NCBI GenBank assembly: GCA_013239625.1
Contig: MU054187.1
Coordinates: 4,971,757-5,035,756, forward strand
Direction: 5' to 3'
Length of the DNA stretch: 64,000 nucleotides
From: Lama guanicoe
Lineage: Eukaryota
Made by a program: the position numbers and the translations under genes. Positions 25,887 through 40,150 of the stretch are shown here, piece after piece; the first letter of the stretch is position 1; each line of letters starts with the position of its first letter. The notes beneath the pieces are model-generated. The model saw nothing but the letters and a program-made list of their open reading frames with translations, ran no database searches and had not been told where the DNA came from.

Positions 25887-28087
25887 CTATGTCTCTTAAT
25901 CTCTTTTAGATTTCAAGTTTCCACACTGTCTGTTGGGGAGCAGATGACACTTCTGGGTAGGTGACAGGGTACAGGAGATGGGAGAAACTGACCTCAGCCC
26001 CGGAGACCATTTTAGCATCACGTTAAATTGTCCTAATTGTCCCACCCATTGTGCCATAATACCCAAATTTAAATTAGGACTTTTTGGGGTCACTGAAATG
26101 GTCTAGGAGTCCACATGCAAACCATATAAATGTATTAATATATTTGACAGATTTTTTTCCAAGACTATACAGAGGTTATTGAGATTCATAAAATGCAAGT
26201 GAATTTAGCAGCACTACTGAATCCTTGGGATGTTACCTATTTTTTCAATCAGTGACTCTTGAGAGCTCAATTATTGGAAGTTGGAGGAATTTGATAAATT
26301 TTTGAAATTTGAATGTAAAAAGTTTGGAAACTGTTGGAGTTAACATTTTAAGGACTACCTGTCAAAGAGGGGGTAAGATGTTTGCTGCACCCTGCGTGGA
26401 CAGAAGCAACCTGAGGTTTCCATGTCCCACTGGCTTTTTATAAAGCGGTGGATACTTTCTTATGTCTAGGAAGTGGCCCACATTTTGCCGGAGGATGTGA
26501 ATATGAATTAGAATTCATAAGAATTAGACTACTTAGGGACTCATCTCTTTCTCCTGAAATACAATTTTGATATTGTAAGGTGAGCTAATTGAGGGGCCTG
26601 ATTTGAAGTGCATCTTTCAGATATCTTTTAAAGGGCCCTTTTCCTCAGTAGCATGGTCCTGTAAATTCTGTCTGAGGCACAAAGAAATAGGCCTTGTAGA
26701 CGACTTATTTATATTCCTCCACTTTAGCCATATGTGCATAGTCTGAAGCTATTGCTGGTGCTTATCCAGGCGACCCAAAGCACATCACCACAATCATGGT
26801 CAGATGATGCAAGAGCTCTGAAGATGAGCAAGACGTGCATCTTGGATGACTAAAGGCACCTCTTTTCCTAAGACTATTTCTACTGTTCATTGCTTGGTAA
26901 AATGTTTCCCAGTCCTCCTCATTTTTTAATTCAGAGAAACATTATTCCCTATAATATATTTTGTAGTCTTTTTCTTTTTCACTGTCAAATTGCACAACCT
27001 CTTGGATGTCTTCCAAATTCCCTTGGGAGTTTATTTCATGGTTTAATACAGGATGGCCCATTTTAAGCAGTTCCCTTTGAAAGCGTGGAACGGGGACCCT
27101 TTTAAATGGGTCACTCATTCTGGGACTAGGATAGTTATTTAGTTTAATATCTTGGTCATGTAGCTGGAGAGATCATTAGAAATGTCCAGATAGGATCATT
27201 TAGAAAGGCCCTGTTCTACTTGAAGCAGAATAGGAGCATGTATATAAAATCGGAAATAGCTAGTTCTTCTCCAAATTTTATTTTAGTTCTATGTTATTTC
27301 TCTTCCTTATTGTGGAGATTTTATATATACATATATATATGCATATTGAAGATAAGCATATTTTTCTCACTAAATTCACTCTATTTTAATAATTTAGGGA
27401 TTAAATTCATAAAATGCACAATTATTCCATAGATATGTCTAAATTGAAAGTTATACATCGTTCAGCATTGATTCACTGCTGACACCGCTGAACTGAAGCT
27501 GATAGTTTTGAACTACAGTGGAAGATGATCAAGTCATCCTGGAGCAGAAAAAAAGAAGAACATATGATACTCAAGTTCAATTACTTTTCAATTTAACTCC
27601 CCAGCTCCCACTCCAGCTAAAGTCACAGGCTTGAGCTAAAATGATAATGGAACTTTGGTGTTCCAGAAAGTATCTTTGAAAAGGACTTCGGTTTTGTTAT
27701 AATTCCTTCTGGTTATAGAACTTCATCTCATCTATGTGTCTCCACAGATTCTATCCTAATTTTTCTTAAATTTAAATAAATTCATATTTTGAAAATTAAA
27801 GAAGTGTGATCTACTTTATTCCTTTTATGGTTTAAATAACACTTTTAAATAGAATGTTTTGCTCTGTCACAGGCATAAGGAAACTGAAGACTGGGTTTAA
27901 TTCACTTTACTAGTGATGATTAGCTTATATTGTAAAGTAAAACCAATTCAAATGCTAAATGTAATTCTTTGTATATTTTAAGGCAATGACTACCTTTTTT
28001 TTTTAAGAGCAAGATGCCTAGATTTTCTTTTTTTCACCTAGGGAGAAAGAACAGTTGTTCTTTGTTTCAAATTGAGTTACTCTAGAA

Positions 28088-28240
28088 CAGTGGTTCTCAA
28101 AACTGAGCAAGCAACAGAATCTCCCGGAGGTCTTATTAAGAGATAGACACCTGGGACTAACAGCCAGAGCATCAGACAGTATGAGCCGGGGCCCGAGAAT
28201 CTACTCTTTTGACAAGTTCCCAGGTGACAACGCTGCTGTC
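28088..28240. mobile_element. MER5A remnant
   Basis: CAGTGGTTCTCAAAACTGAGC...AGAATCTCCCGGAGG...GGGGCCCGAGAATCT...GACAAGTTCCCAGGTGA. Confidence 0.75.
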
Positions 28241-28926
28241 CTTTGAGGCAGCCCACGGCTCAGGAGTGAACCCACCTTCCTAGACCCGGTGGGGCATACG
28301 GTGTGAGGACACACAGCTTCTCTTTTTCTTCATCACCGTTATCTTATTTGTACCAAATAAACACATCCTTCCTTTCTCTCTGTGAGTGTGATGATTATGC
28401 TAAACTTGGGCCTTCACAGTATACTTTCATCAAGCTCTAATGTTACAGCAGAACTCTCCATCCACCTGGAAGTCCACGGAGGGACTCAGGAGAGGAAAGG
28501 TAACCTGTTCAACTCCAATCATGTCCCTGTGGATTACGAATCCTCCGTCTGTTTCCACTGACGAACAAATGAAGATCCAATGCCTCGCTTCACATTCAAG
28601 GGTCTCTAGGAACTCGCCCTGGCCTAGTGTTCGTTCTTCCATCTACATCCATTCAACTGATGCTGGGTGAGATCCGGTTCTTTGCCAGGAATTCTCCGAG
28701 ATGCTCTCACTTTGTGCTGTTTCTCTCCTTCACCCATTTTATGATGTAATGAAATGAAACATTTTTGCTTGTTTGTTTTTGCTTTCCTTCATATATGCCT
28801 TTGCTTGCATTCTTCCTAATACATATCTTTTTGTAAATGTGGGAAATAATACCCATTTCAAATTATGGGACTGCATGATACTGTTTGTACAGCACTAGCA
28901 TGGCGCTTAGCACACAGTGTGCTCTT

Positions 28927-29053
28927 TTTTTTTGGAAGGTGGAGATAATTAGGTTTATTTATTTAATTATGTTTAATGGAAGTACTGGGGATTGAACCCA
29001 GGACCTCGTGCATGCTAAGCGCGCAGTCTACCACTAAGCTATTCCCTCCTCCC
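28927..29053 (-). mobile_element. tRNA-derived SINE, camelid Vic-1-like, inserted into a MIR tail
   Basis: Minus strand ATAGCTTAGTGGTAGACTGCGCGCTTAGCATGCACGAGGTCCTGGGTTCAATCCCCAGTAC with A/B boxes and poly(A). 9-bp TSD TGTGCTCTT at 28918-28926 and 29055-29063. Confidence 0.88.
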
Positions 29054-30001
29054 ATGTGCTCTTGATTAATGCTTGTTTTCTATTTCCTCTTCTCCTTTTC
29101 TTCCTATTCTTGGTGTCACAGTAAAGTTATCTTCTAACTATTGCTTTAGTTTTATTTATTTATGCATTGCTTCCTTAGCGTGTGTCTTTCTGACTTCCAT
29201 CTTTTTCACAAGGGTAGCGTTCTTCCTTGAAGCTGGTAAATGCTTAATAAAAATGTTGACTGGTACTGTCTTTATTATCAATGCTTACAAGTATGAGAAT
29301 GTTTTACAAAGATCTACTCAAAAGTGTGGGTATAGTCACTGCTGGATTTTTAGATGCTTGCCAAAAAAGGATAGTTTGGATTTAAGTTAGAATTTAAGTA
29401 TCACTGAATTTTGCTCAAAGTTAGCTTTCACTTAGCCATTTTTCAAGCAAAATATAAGTCATGTCCCGGTTATTGGAATGACAACGGAGAAAGAGAGCTG
29501 AAGAGTGTGCTCAGTGGAGTGGAGAGAACTGTACGTGACAGGCAGTCCACCTGGCCTCATTCTGCAGTTGACTAAATCATGAAACTGGCTTAAGCGGCGT
29601 TTGTCAAAATGGTTACCCAAGGAAAACGGTGAAGGTCATAGTTCTAAGCACCGTGCTGTCAATATCAATGCCTCCTTTATCCAGGAGCAACGAGGTATGA
29701 TGGGAAGAACCCGAGGACGGAGTCAGGAGAGGCCAGTCTAGTCCGGCCTCTGGGAGCTGGAGGAACTTGGGCGGTCTTGACCGGCTCTGGGAACTGACTT
29801 TATTGAGTTGTCAAATGAAGGATTTTGCTTAGTGATCCATGAAATTTCCAGCTCAAATCTCCAATTCTATGACTGTTCCTGCAAGACTAACTCTACAAAT
29901 AGCAAGAATCCCCATTTGCTGGTGCAATGTCCTTTTAAGAGAAGGCCTGTGCAAATCTCTGATCCCTGCCCAGTCCAAGTTTTCAGAAATTATCTAGTTA
30001 G

Positions 30002-30223
30002 AGCCTGGCTCTCATTCAGGGGCACCTGCCCCTCAGAAGACAGCCAGCAGTGTCTGGAGATGTTCTGTTGTCACACCTAGAGGGGTTGGGGCGCTGCTGG
30101 CATCTCGTGGGTAGAGGTCAGGGTGGCTGTTAACATTCTACGGTGCAAAGATCCGTATCCCCCTCCCCAGTAAAGGATTATTCAACCTGAAATGTCACAG
30201 GTGCCAAGGTTAAGAATCCGTGC
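30002..30223. mobile_element. MER20 (hAT-Charlie) element
   Basis: GCAGTGTCTGGAGATGTTCTGTTGTCACA...TGCTGGCATCTCGTGGGTAGAGGTCAGGGTGGCTGTTAACATTCTAC...AAATGTCACAGGTGCCAAGGTTAAGAA. Confidence 0.85.
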
Positions 30224-32099
30224 TCTAGACGGTAAGCTAGATAACAACTTCTCTGTGAGAAGTTTTTCCTTGGTATCCGTAGGAGCTCTGGGCACATAGT
30301 AAGAGCTCAGTATATGCTTGTTAGAACTCAAAAAAAATTTACATACATATATGTATGTTTATACACATACATATATATAATGTTAAGTTTCTGATATTCC
30401 CACTTCATTAATCATTCCTTTGAGATAGATTGGGAAGATCACTCACAAAATGCATCTATGGCTCATGATGAGGGACGCATGGACTGATTTATTACACTGT
30501 GTCCAGTCATTTATTAGGACACATTCAGCCCTGGGGGGAGACAGAGAGTCAAGAAGGGAAGCAAGAGCCATGAAGGGACATTCACGAGGGCCCCACCACA
30601 CAGAAGGTCACAGGAAACCCAGCCCAAGGGCTGAAGGCTTTCCACCATCTCTTCAGGATGTGCAAGCTCTATTTAACTTCTGAAAAATTATGACCACGTT
30701 AAGTGATCTGAAATGGTTATCTCTGAAGTTTAATTACTAATCTGTCGATGCAAAGGGTAAAATAAGAATGAAGTCACCTAGAAGTCCTTAAACAACTTCA
30801 AAGAGGCTATCCAGTGACGTCCCAGCCTACCTAGGAATGGACAGGGTCCAAATTCCATCAACACTTCTTTAAAACACAAATCTATCTGACAGTTTTCTCA
30901 AGCCCAAGTTGTTACCTGCAGTTATAGACTGTCACAACCGAAACAAGCGTTAGAATACGTTTGGGTTAAGCCCCAGATAAGCTGAGAACTTGCTAGACTC
31001 TTTTCGTTACACTCGCGATACCGCTAATCACTCCAAAACGAGTGCGAATTTCATTGCACAACAAACATTCTTTCCCTGACTAGATTCTTGGAGGCAGAAA
31101 CAGGAAAGAAAAAGGTTCCAAACTCTTTTCTGATCTTCTCCGTACGTTTTGTAAATACTCACGTAAACCATTTGCCGATCTACCAAATCTCACCAAACCT
31201 TAATGTGAAATTTTTATAATTGTTTTTCAAAACTATGTCATTAAAGTACTCTCTAAACCCCTCTCAGCCTCTTTAAATCTCCGAAAGCAGCTATGTTTTC
31301 AGTTTTCAAAGCTACTTGACTAGATGCATTTTTATCTTACTGTCTATACTTTGAAAGTAGATTGTAAGTTCAGGCAACCACATAACTTTCATTATTAAGA
31401 GGCTATATTATCTACATGCCCCCAGATTTTATCACTTTGCAGGACTATAATCAGACGCCCTGCGGTGGGAAGAATTCTGTGTCGCTGTCTCGGCCCCTCA
31501 TCTCCTCTCTGTGGAGTACAGAGTCCTGCGGCCTGACGCCCTCTAAGGCATCTGGGTTGGGAACAGTAGCTGTTCTTGGTTTAGGATCTTCCTGAGTGAA
31601 GGAGCCATGTAAATGCCAGTTAACAAGGGGATCATCATGTGGCTTATCTATCCTGGTGTCTCAGCCACTTCTGTCTGTTCTCGTGGAATTGTCCCGACGC
31701 AGCGTTTTACAAAGACGAGGCTCTCAGGACTGAAGTTTAGGAGGAAGGAGCCAGACAGGAAAGCAAAGATAAGATACAAATACATTTTAATCACTGTAAG
31801 TGAGCAGGCTTGCAGTTAGAGTGTGTGTTTATGTATGAGGGCTGGGGGTGTGTGTGTGTACACAGACACGTACCAAGCTCTTACACCTACTGCTCCGGAA
31901 CCCCTGGTACAGTGAGACAGGAAGTATAAACTATCCTAGAGTCTTCAGTTTCCTAAGGACTTCTTTAATCCATCAGACACAATGCTGAATGCCTATGCGC
32001 TCCCCTGACAACCAGCAGGTGAAGGCGTCGTCCTACCACGGCTCCTCTAGACATGCAGGATGGAGCAGGGGCTGGAGAGCCGAGATCTCCACCCGCCAC

Positions 32100-32760
32100 A
32101 GAGTGGAGGCAAATCATCAACCAGTCAGGTAAACTGGATAATTCAGAGAGGAGCAATGCTAATATCTGTGTGCTCTGCAGTGTTAACTCATTCAACAGAA
32201 CACAGCAGTGTGATGAGAGGTGAGGTGGGGGGGTGTTTGGGGGGCAGTGCCAGTTTAGACCAGTGTTTCCAAGAGGTGATGTCTGAACTGAGAACTGAAC
32301 GTGAAGACCTGGGGCCAGACCCCCGTCAGCTCGAAGGTCGTTGAGGGGGACGTGGGTGACACGAAACCAATGTGACTGTAGCTTAGTTAGGGGCAGAGCA
32401 GCACAAAGCCGGGTCAGCAATCACAGAAGCGCCCTGATTATCATGTTAAGAAATGAGAAATTTTTTTCTCTTTTCTCTCAGGTGCAATGAGGAGCCACTG
32501 AAGGGTGGCCGCTAAGACCATGCTGACTCGTGTGGAGAATGTTCTATGGAGGGACAAGAGTCAGGCGAGAAGGCCAGTTAGGACACCGCTGCTATAATCC
32601 AAAGAGAAGGTGGCACGGTGGGCCAGGTGGGGGCGGTGAAGAAGGGAACCATGTGTGCAGATTCCAGATGTGCTTTGGAGGCAATTCAGTCAAGATGTGC
32701 TCAGAAACTGGATGTTTGGCGTGAGAGGAAAAGATGAACTAAGCTTTTAGGTTGGTTTGA
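32100..32760 (-). mobile_element. L2 LINE remnant
   Basis: Purine-rich with L2 motifs (GTGATGTCTGAACTGAGAACTGAA; GCAATGAGGAGCCACTGAAGGGT). Boundaries approximate. Confidence 0.6.
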
Positions 32761-34024
32761 AAGACAGAATTATATGGTAATCCGACATAGCGAAGATGCC
32801 CGAGACTGCCTAGTTACTCTCAGACTCAAGGCCTGTGTGTGTGAACACAACACAAAGAGGAAAACCTGGGGCTCAGTTTTAGACTCTGCCAGAGTCCGGA
32901 AGAAAGAATCTTCTGACAAAGAATCCAACCAAAACGTGAAGACCCTCAGGACTGCAGAAATTTGGGTTCTGTCTGCCTGCAAAGAGGAAACGGAGTACAG
33001 AACGATGAGCTGCAGATACACGATGACCTTTTTGTCTCAAACGTCTTGCTGTTTTAGGTAAACATGCATTTTTGATATTGTAATTCTGTGACTTCCCACG
33101 GACACATGAAGCGGCAAAAGACATAAGAGGAAGGGATTTCCAAATTGTACAGTATGTGCTAGAACTGTTCCCACCTCTGTATTTTTAAACCAAGCAGAAA
33201 TAGGAAGGGTTTGAAATGAAGCTCCCTGGTAACTGTCAGCAGGATTACTGTCTTAAACATTTGCTCAAATATTCTCAAGGCAAAGGACCCATAACCAGGT
33301 TTATTCCTGGTCAAAACCTTTGTTTGCTTTCTCGTGGATGTGACCCTAATCACTTTCTCATCGCCTGCCTTTTACGCCTGACTGTCATCTTCCTTACAAC
33401 TTGGCCCAAGAGCCCTTTGGGCAAGATTCTTTGCCGGGCCGAGCGCAGCCCTGCATTCACGGGAGTGCTTATCCAATAAACTATGATAAGAAGAACCCAC
33501 TATTTTATGCATCATACAGTTGTCATCGAGGTGCCTGAGGAAACCCTTTTGTGATCCACGATTTCAGAGTGACATGTGTTTGTCTCCTGGGAGAAATTTG
33601 GTATTTTCTCATCAGTACGCTACTTTTCTCAACATTTTGATAGATGGCCCAGGGAGATTTCATTCCTTCTTTTCTGGCCTCAGCCGGAAGCTGTCTGGTG
33701 TAGTCAGTTCTTTTCTGTTTACTTCGCTTGTGTTTTGGGGACTAATTTCACATTTGTTCCGCTTCACATCACGTGATCATTTCAGAATGACGCGAGAACA
33801 CGTGAGGACAGCTGAGTTCCTCCCCTTCCCTGCTGCAGAGCCCCTTCCTGGCAGAAGCGAGCCCCAGATGTCACGGGAGCCGGTGCCCCGTCCACAGCCA
33901 CAGCCCTTCCACCCTTTACACCAGTGCTTTCAACGGCAGGTCAGATGAGAAGCTTAACTCACACTCTTAAAAGTGACTGTGTTTTAAAGCCTCAGAGAAT
34001 TAGCACCTATTATCTTTCTCCATC

Positions 34025-34152
34025 TTTTTTTGTTTTTGTTTTTTGAAGTATAGTTGATGTACAATATTATATAAGTTACAGGTGTACAGGACAGTGATTC
34101 ACAATTGTTAAACTTTATACTCCCATTTATCGTTATTATAAAATATTGGCTA
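34025..34152 (-). mobile_element. Short L1 3' end
   Basis: T-rich tail then TTGAAGTATAGTTGATGTACAATATTATATAAGTTACAGGTGTACA...TTATAAAATATTGGCTA. Confidence 0.8.
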
Positions 34153-37100
34153 CAGAATTGCTTATCTTTTTAATTTAAAAAGGCCAACATTTCAAATGAA
34201 TATGGAGAAGAAAGTGCTACTTTGCAAATCATATATATCAGTAACATCAAGTATTAAAATGTGGCTGTTTTACTAAAACCTAACACGAGAACTAAGGAAA
34301 TCCCAGTATTAGGGTACGTTCAAGAGCAACAGGTGTTTATCACCTGTTCATAACTCACTGTGCGTGGGAGCCTGTGATGACTGCCTTACGGGTACCATCT
34401 CATTTACCCCTCACAGCGAGAGGCACACACCCTGCTGCTCTCCGTGCTTCACCAGCGGAGGTGGGGGGGCTGAGCCCCTGCGCAGGGGCCGGCAGCCAGG
34501 AAGGGGCTGTCTCCCTAACTGCTGCACCGTAATGGAAGTTTAAACTTAATGAGGTCCTGTTTGGGATTCTCTGCCCTCAGACATCCCTGATTCCAGTATT
34601 CTCTCCACGGTACCAATGCAATACACCAGCATTCTAACTGTATCTTTTAAACTGCTTTGTGCTCTAAGAAGTAGCTCTTTGTTCCACCACGTTTAAGGGC
34701 CTGCTTTTCCGTAAGTGCAGTCGAACGCTGAGGGGCCACCTTACCAGCACTGGCCGGGACGGGGTCGTGTCCCTTCCCCACCACCGTGGAGACCGGCTGT
34801 ACGATGCACTCGGTCCATTTAACCACCCGGGTGGACCCACCCCAGACCCGATCCTGCCTGGGAAGCCCTGTGCAGGCAGTGGAGTGCCTGGGTCAACCCA
34901 GACTGCGAATCACTGTGAAAAATCTCACCACCTACTGACATGGTTGAACTCCCCAGCTCCTCCTCCAAGATAACTATGTGTGGCCTTTGCACGCAGAGAA
35001 AGTTGCCAGCCAGTTTCTGGCCCCATGAGGGGATCTCTCAAGCACTGCTCTCAGGGCCTGGAATGTCCCATAAGCTGAGTGAGAAGGAGGAGGCCAGTGA
35101 GACCTTGGGAATTCACACTCTGGCCCCACCATCCTTCGCGGATGAGCGTTCTCATTTGCCCTCTGGGGTCTACGGAGGAGGGGCCTTAGTTCATGGGGGC
35201 ATCTGAACACGCTGCTCTTTGGGACTTGGCCCCTCAAGGAGCTTTTGAGACCCTGGCCACATTGACCCACTAAACCTATTCCTATTGGACGAGCACGAAG
35301 AAAACCTGGTTGAAGTTTATCCACAATTCACTAACTATTTCTTTGGCTTTTATCAATTCCCTGTCATACAGAATATTCTAATTTTTAAGAAAGAGAAATT
35401 GATATGAACATATCAGAAAAACAGCAGGAATTTAGGAAAGAGAAGGAAACATTTTTAGCATATTTCAGATCTGTTATCCTTGGGCAAGCTGCTCAGATTT
35501 TTCTTCCTCTTTTGATTTATAAAAATAATTTAAATATCTTTGTATTTTTAAAAGTAAATTTTGCTTACTACTGACGCAGAGGAAAGACTGTCTTGGGGTT
35601 GGCTGGTAACAGATTCCTGGCCAATGGCAGACAATCCAAGTCGGGGTCCAACGGCTGAGGTACACCCATCCTTGTCTGTGAGATTAGCCCCGCTGCCACC
35701 CGAGGAGGCAACGCTGTGCTGCTCGCAGAGTTTATCATTCAAATTTTCAGATTTTTTTGGTAAAGAGCGAACATTTTCATTAGCTGGAATGCTAATTTAT
35801 TCACCATGACTAGAGAATGTACTTAAACTGTTAGGTACTAGAGATGTTAACCTTGTATCTCACTCACTCCCCATAACCACATGGTGGAGTGAGCATTATT
35901 GCTGTCATCTCAGTTTTTTCCCCTTTTACAGTGAAGGAAAACTGAGAGTCAGAGAGATCCAGTGATTTGTCAAAGTCACCAACCAGAATTCCAAGCCTGC
36001 CCTTTTCTCATTGGATTCGCTCTCCTCATTTACTCTCTGATTACAATTATTTCAGCAATGTAAACATAAAGTGAGTTTATTTTGTTAAAAATATGTTTTT
36101 TGTTAAAAAAAAAAAGATGACAGAATTGGGAATGTGGTGTGGACTGGCACAGGCAGTGTAAGCAGTGATGGCACCAAGTCCATCAGAAACCTCCTGGGGA
36201 GGCAGAGAGGATGGGAGGCTCGATAAGGACCCTCAGTGCTGAGTCCCAGAGCCTGGCCCAGAGGGAGGCACAGCCCGACTCCCCAGAAACATGGGTGACA
36301 AGGACCTCCGCTCGCCTGCTTCCCCACCTACCAGCTGACACCTGCGTGCCCTGCCTGGGTGTCCTCGGTCCCTCCTGGGGAAGTAAGGATTATATCCCCC
36401 CTGCTGTGACTGCGGGGATTAAGAGGAAACTGTGAAAGACCTTACCTAGCACTTGGCAAGAGCAGGTGCCCAATACATATCATCACAGTAGTTCTTAGAT
36501 CGGCTTCAGACGCCTGGACCCACGCGATCCTCACCACCAAGGACAGGGAGGCACATGAACTCACCCGCCCACGGTCACACGCAGCCAGTGCGTGGCCCAG
36601 CAGGGGCCAAGTCCAGGCTGCCTCACCCTGAACCTCCCACTCACACTGCTCAAGACCCCGATGCCATCAGTTGGCTTCTGCAGGTGACTACCATGCCCCG
36701 GACGATTTAAGGGATGTCCCCTCGCTGAGAATCTGAACTTCCATGGTCTCACATTAGCCACACGTTGCACATATGTAACCCTCACCTTCTCAGGTGAACT
36801 GTCAGCTCCCGGATTCTAACACTCACTGCACGGGACACCCAGAAGGTCTGAGGCACAATGTAGATCCTCCAAAAATGCGTGAGGAGGAGCGGGGCGAAAT
36901 GCAAGCCCGAGGCAGGCTGCACAGAAAGCTGTGTCTCCTGTTTGCCGGGAAACACGGGCTAATCCTCCTGTGCTGCTACGATCAGCAGCGAGGCTGCTCT
37001 GGGGGAGGCAAGGACAACCGCAGAAACAAGAGCGTGCCCCAGGTAACGCAGCAGCTCTCGGCCAAAGGCCCCAACCCGCATCTGCCCAGTGCAGGGAACG

Positions 37101-37862
37101 GCCGCTGCCGGCCACCGGTCCCCTCATGATGGGGTAAGAGTCCCAGACAGGCAAGCACACTCAGTCAGTCCCTAAATGTGTAACTGTATGTATTTATGTA
37201 GAAAGAGATACAGAAGTATAGATGCGAGCAGCCTACTTTTATTCTGTCTGTAGGGGTCAGTTACGTGGTCACGCCTGACTCGTCTCCTCGTCCTGTTAAT
37301 TTTTCAAGCACCATTAAGAAATGTACAGCACACAACAGAAAGCAAATGCTTTAAAACGCTAATAGCTTTGTTTGTCTTCTGATCGTCTTAATAAAGCAAT
37401 GTGTTTAGCAATAACCTCCATGAACCTACCATCTTAATTAAAGCAGGACTTTATTTTTCATCCAGATCATTTTCAAGTGTCATGATGTATGAAGGATGGA
37501 CCGATCTGGATTTGGTAAGCCATTATTTATGTCTGCTGGTTAGTGGAGAATGTGATTTACTATGCAGTACATGTAAAAATATGAAAAATCTTAACAGTGT
37601 AATCTGTTTGGGGGCTTGAATATTTTATTAAAGATAATCGAGATTTTCCTTAAAAAGCCAAAATTCCTTAAAAGGTAAAGAATAATACTCTACAAATGTA
37701 AAACTTTTGAGGAATTTTTTTGCCTATCAAAAATAGAATTATTATCCTGAACTATTATAAAAAGGAGTTTAATCTCCTTCTGACAAACAGTACTTAGATT
37801 TCCCTGGGGAATTAGTACACGCCATGAAATTCAGACAAGTTCAACCATCAATTTTGCTATTT

Positions 37863-37928
37863 TATATATATGTATATATATATATACATATATATATACA
37901 TATATTGTATATATATATATGTATATAT
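37863..37928. repeat. Imperfect (TA)n microsatellite
   Basis: Directly visible TA tract with TG/CA interruptions. Confidence 0.9.
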
Positions 37929-39949
37929 AAATGCTAAATATATTTATCAGGTGAATTAAAAAAAGAACTGTTCTCTGGATTATTATGACATATGCAATAT
38001 TTTAAATAATCCAAAAAAAGGGAACGTGGAATCTAATATTTTAACGATTGTACCGAACAGTCAAAGACCCTGCAGTACCTCATACCTTTTCTCCAGTGGG
38101 GCGTGCATTGCTTCTGGCAGAGAAACATATATAAATGACTAATATAAAAAGACAAACATGTTCCTGTAGGCATTGCTTATCCACATAAGAGAACTCAGAA
38201 CTTTCAAACTGGAAAAAACTGAAATGGAAAAAAAAACAAAAACCTGCTCTTAAAGTGTTCCCATATGCTTTAGATAAGAACAGTTAATGAATAATGAAGG
38301 AAGCAGTGTCTTGAAGTGAGACTGCTTTATTGTTCTCCTAAAAAGCATTTTAGACTAATTCTCCTGTGACCCCACAACTAAATGGACTCACAAGGCAACA
38401 TTTTAATGCTGATAATCTACTTGCACAAATCAAGCCAACAGCAAGTCAAAGACTGAATCACTCTGTGATTAAAAAAAAAAAATCAACACTGGTCATACGG
38501 GCCAGTCTGTAATAGACATTAATTCTCTACACTGCTCCTTCTGCCCCCAAGATTTTGGGGGATTAGGCAAAAGCACATTCCTTTAGACATCTTGTAATTT
38601 TCCTGATCATTTTTCTCCGTAAATATAGCTCTACTCAGAAAATAAAACTATTCATCTAAAAAAGATCAACTACACCTTGTAATTAACTGTCAAACGTATC
38701 AATTTAATAGTGGAAAGGGTTAGGAAAAATTAGTAATATGTTGATTAAGTGTTAAGACTGCAAAATTAGATATAAGTTCAGGGCTCAGATTCATTTAGCT
38801 AAATTGAAAATATTAGAGCAGACTTGACGCATGTAGACTCCATGACACGTGATATTGTACTTTTTAAAAATCCAGAATATTTGTACTATTTTAGAAGACT
38901 ATTCAACTTAGAAGTGTCAGCCAGAAAAGCAATAATGATGCTGCACCTGTGTGGGGGAGAGGATTGAGGGTCCCGGTGGGGAAAAATGGGTTCATTCATT
39001 GGACCAGAAATAGTCATCGAGGTCCTACTATGTGCCGGGCACGACTTAAAACATTGTTATCAATGGTTTCCACGTGGAAGTTTCACCAATGAAACCAAGT
39101 CAGCCTCATGGTGTCCAGGTCCTCTCTTCTGTGAAGAGCTTACCAGGCAGAGTGAGAGGGAACAGAATTTCCTTTTCACGGTGGGGTGGGGTGAGGCGGG
39201 GTGGGCAGGGCAAGTTCTGAGTGTTACTGACAAGAAGGCATAGAGAGTGGGTGTGAAGCCCCCGGCCTACAGAGCCCCCAGGTATACCAGTTGTCTCCTA
39301 ACGGGCTTCTGTTCGCACCTGCTCTTCATTCTTCCTGTTTCCTCCTCTTTTTCATCCAGGTTCTATGCTGCTTTCCCCAAACTCTCCCTCAACACCTTAG
39401 GAAACATTTTATTAACAATTTGGAGGGGATGGCTAGTGACTGAAACCTCATCGCCAGGGCCTGGGGAGTCTTACTTAAGGGTCTACTTAGAAGCTGTTTG
39501 TCCAAGGGCAATTAGGAGCACATAACTATATTTTCATTCCCTCTCTGTGTTTGCCAAGGGCTATTTAAATAATGGATACCCAGCCAGAAAAAAAAGATGC
39601 CTTGAAGAATAACACCATGATGTCCTTCCCAGATGTTTGCCTTGAGGATGCGAAATGAGTTACGCAGAAACAAGATGGGGAATTGCTGGCTAGATACCCA
39701 TACAGCAAGGGACACATGCCATGGGAGTGATCGATGGGTCAAAAATTAAATATGTCAGCAGCAATCAATGATGCTATTAAAGAGCCTATCATAACATATC
39801 CATGTGGGGGTGGAGAATTATTTGAAAAATTCAGAAATTAATCAGCCACCTCTGTCTGCAGCTCTGCCTCCCATTGTGGTTGGCATTCCTTACAATCACA
39901 AATTAAAAACAAAAAACAAAAAGAAGAAGAAGAAGTGAATTTGATTTAA

Positions 39950-40150
39950 AAGTTGAGAACTATGACGTGTGAGGAAATGTTAAAGGAACTGAGGTTGTTT
40001 GGCCCAGGCAGAAAAACACAAGGGCAGGACGGACCTGATGCACGTCACACACTTGAATCTGCTGTTCTCGAAGCACTCCGACCTCTGAAGCAGACCGAGG
40101 AGAGTGAAACTGCAGGAAGATCCTTTAGTTTAACTTTAGTCAGGAACTTC
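39950..40150 (+). mobile_element. L3/CR1 LINE 3' remnant
   Basis: TGAGGAAATGTTAAAGGAACTGAGGTTGTTTGGCCCAGG (EEMLKELRLFGP) resembles the CR1/L3 ORF2 C-terminus YEERLKELGLFSL. Confidence 0.55.

Noticed and set aside
24840..29050. tRNA-like sequences with A/B boxes
   Set aside because: They have tails and TSDs, so they are SINE heads rather than tRNA genes.
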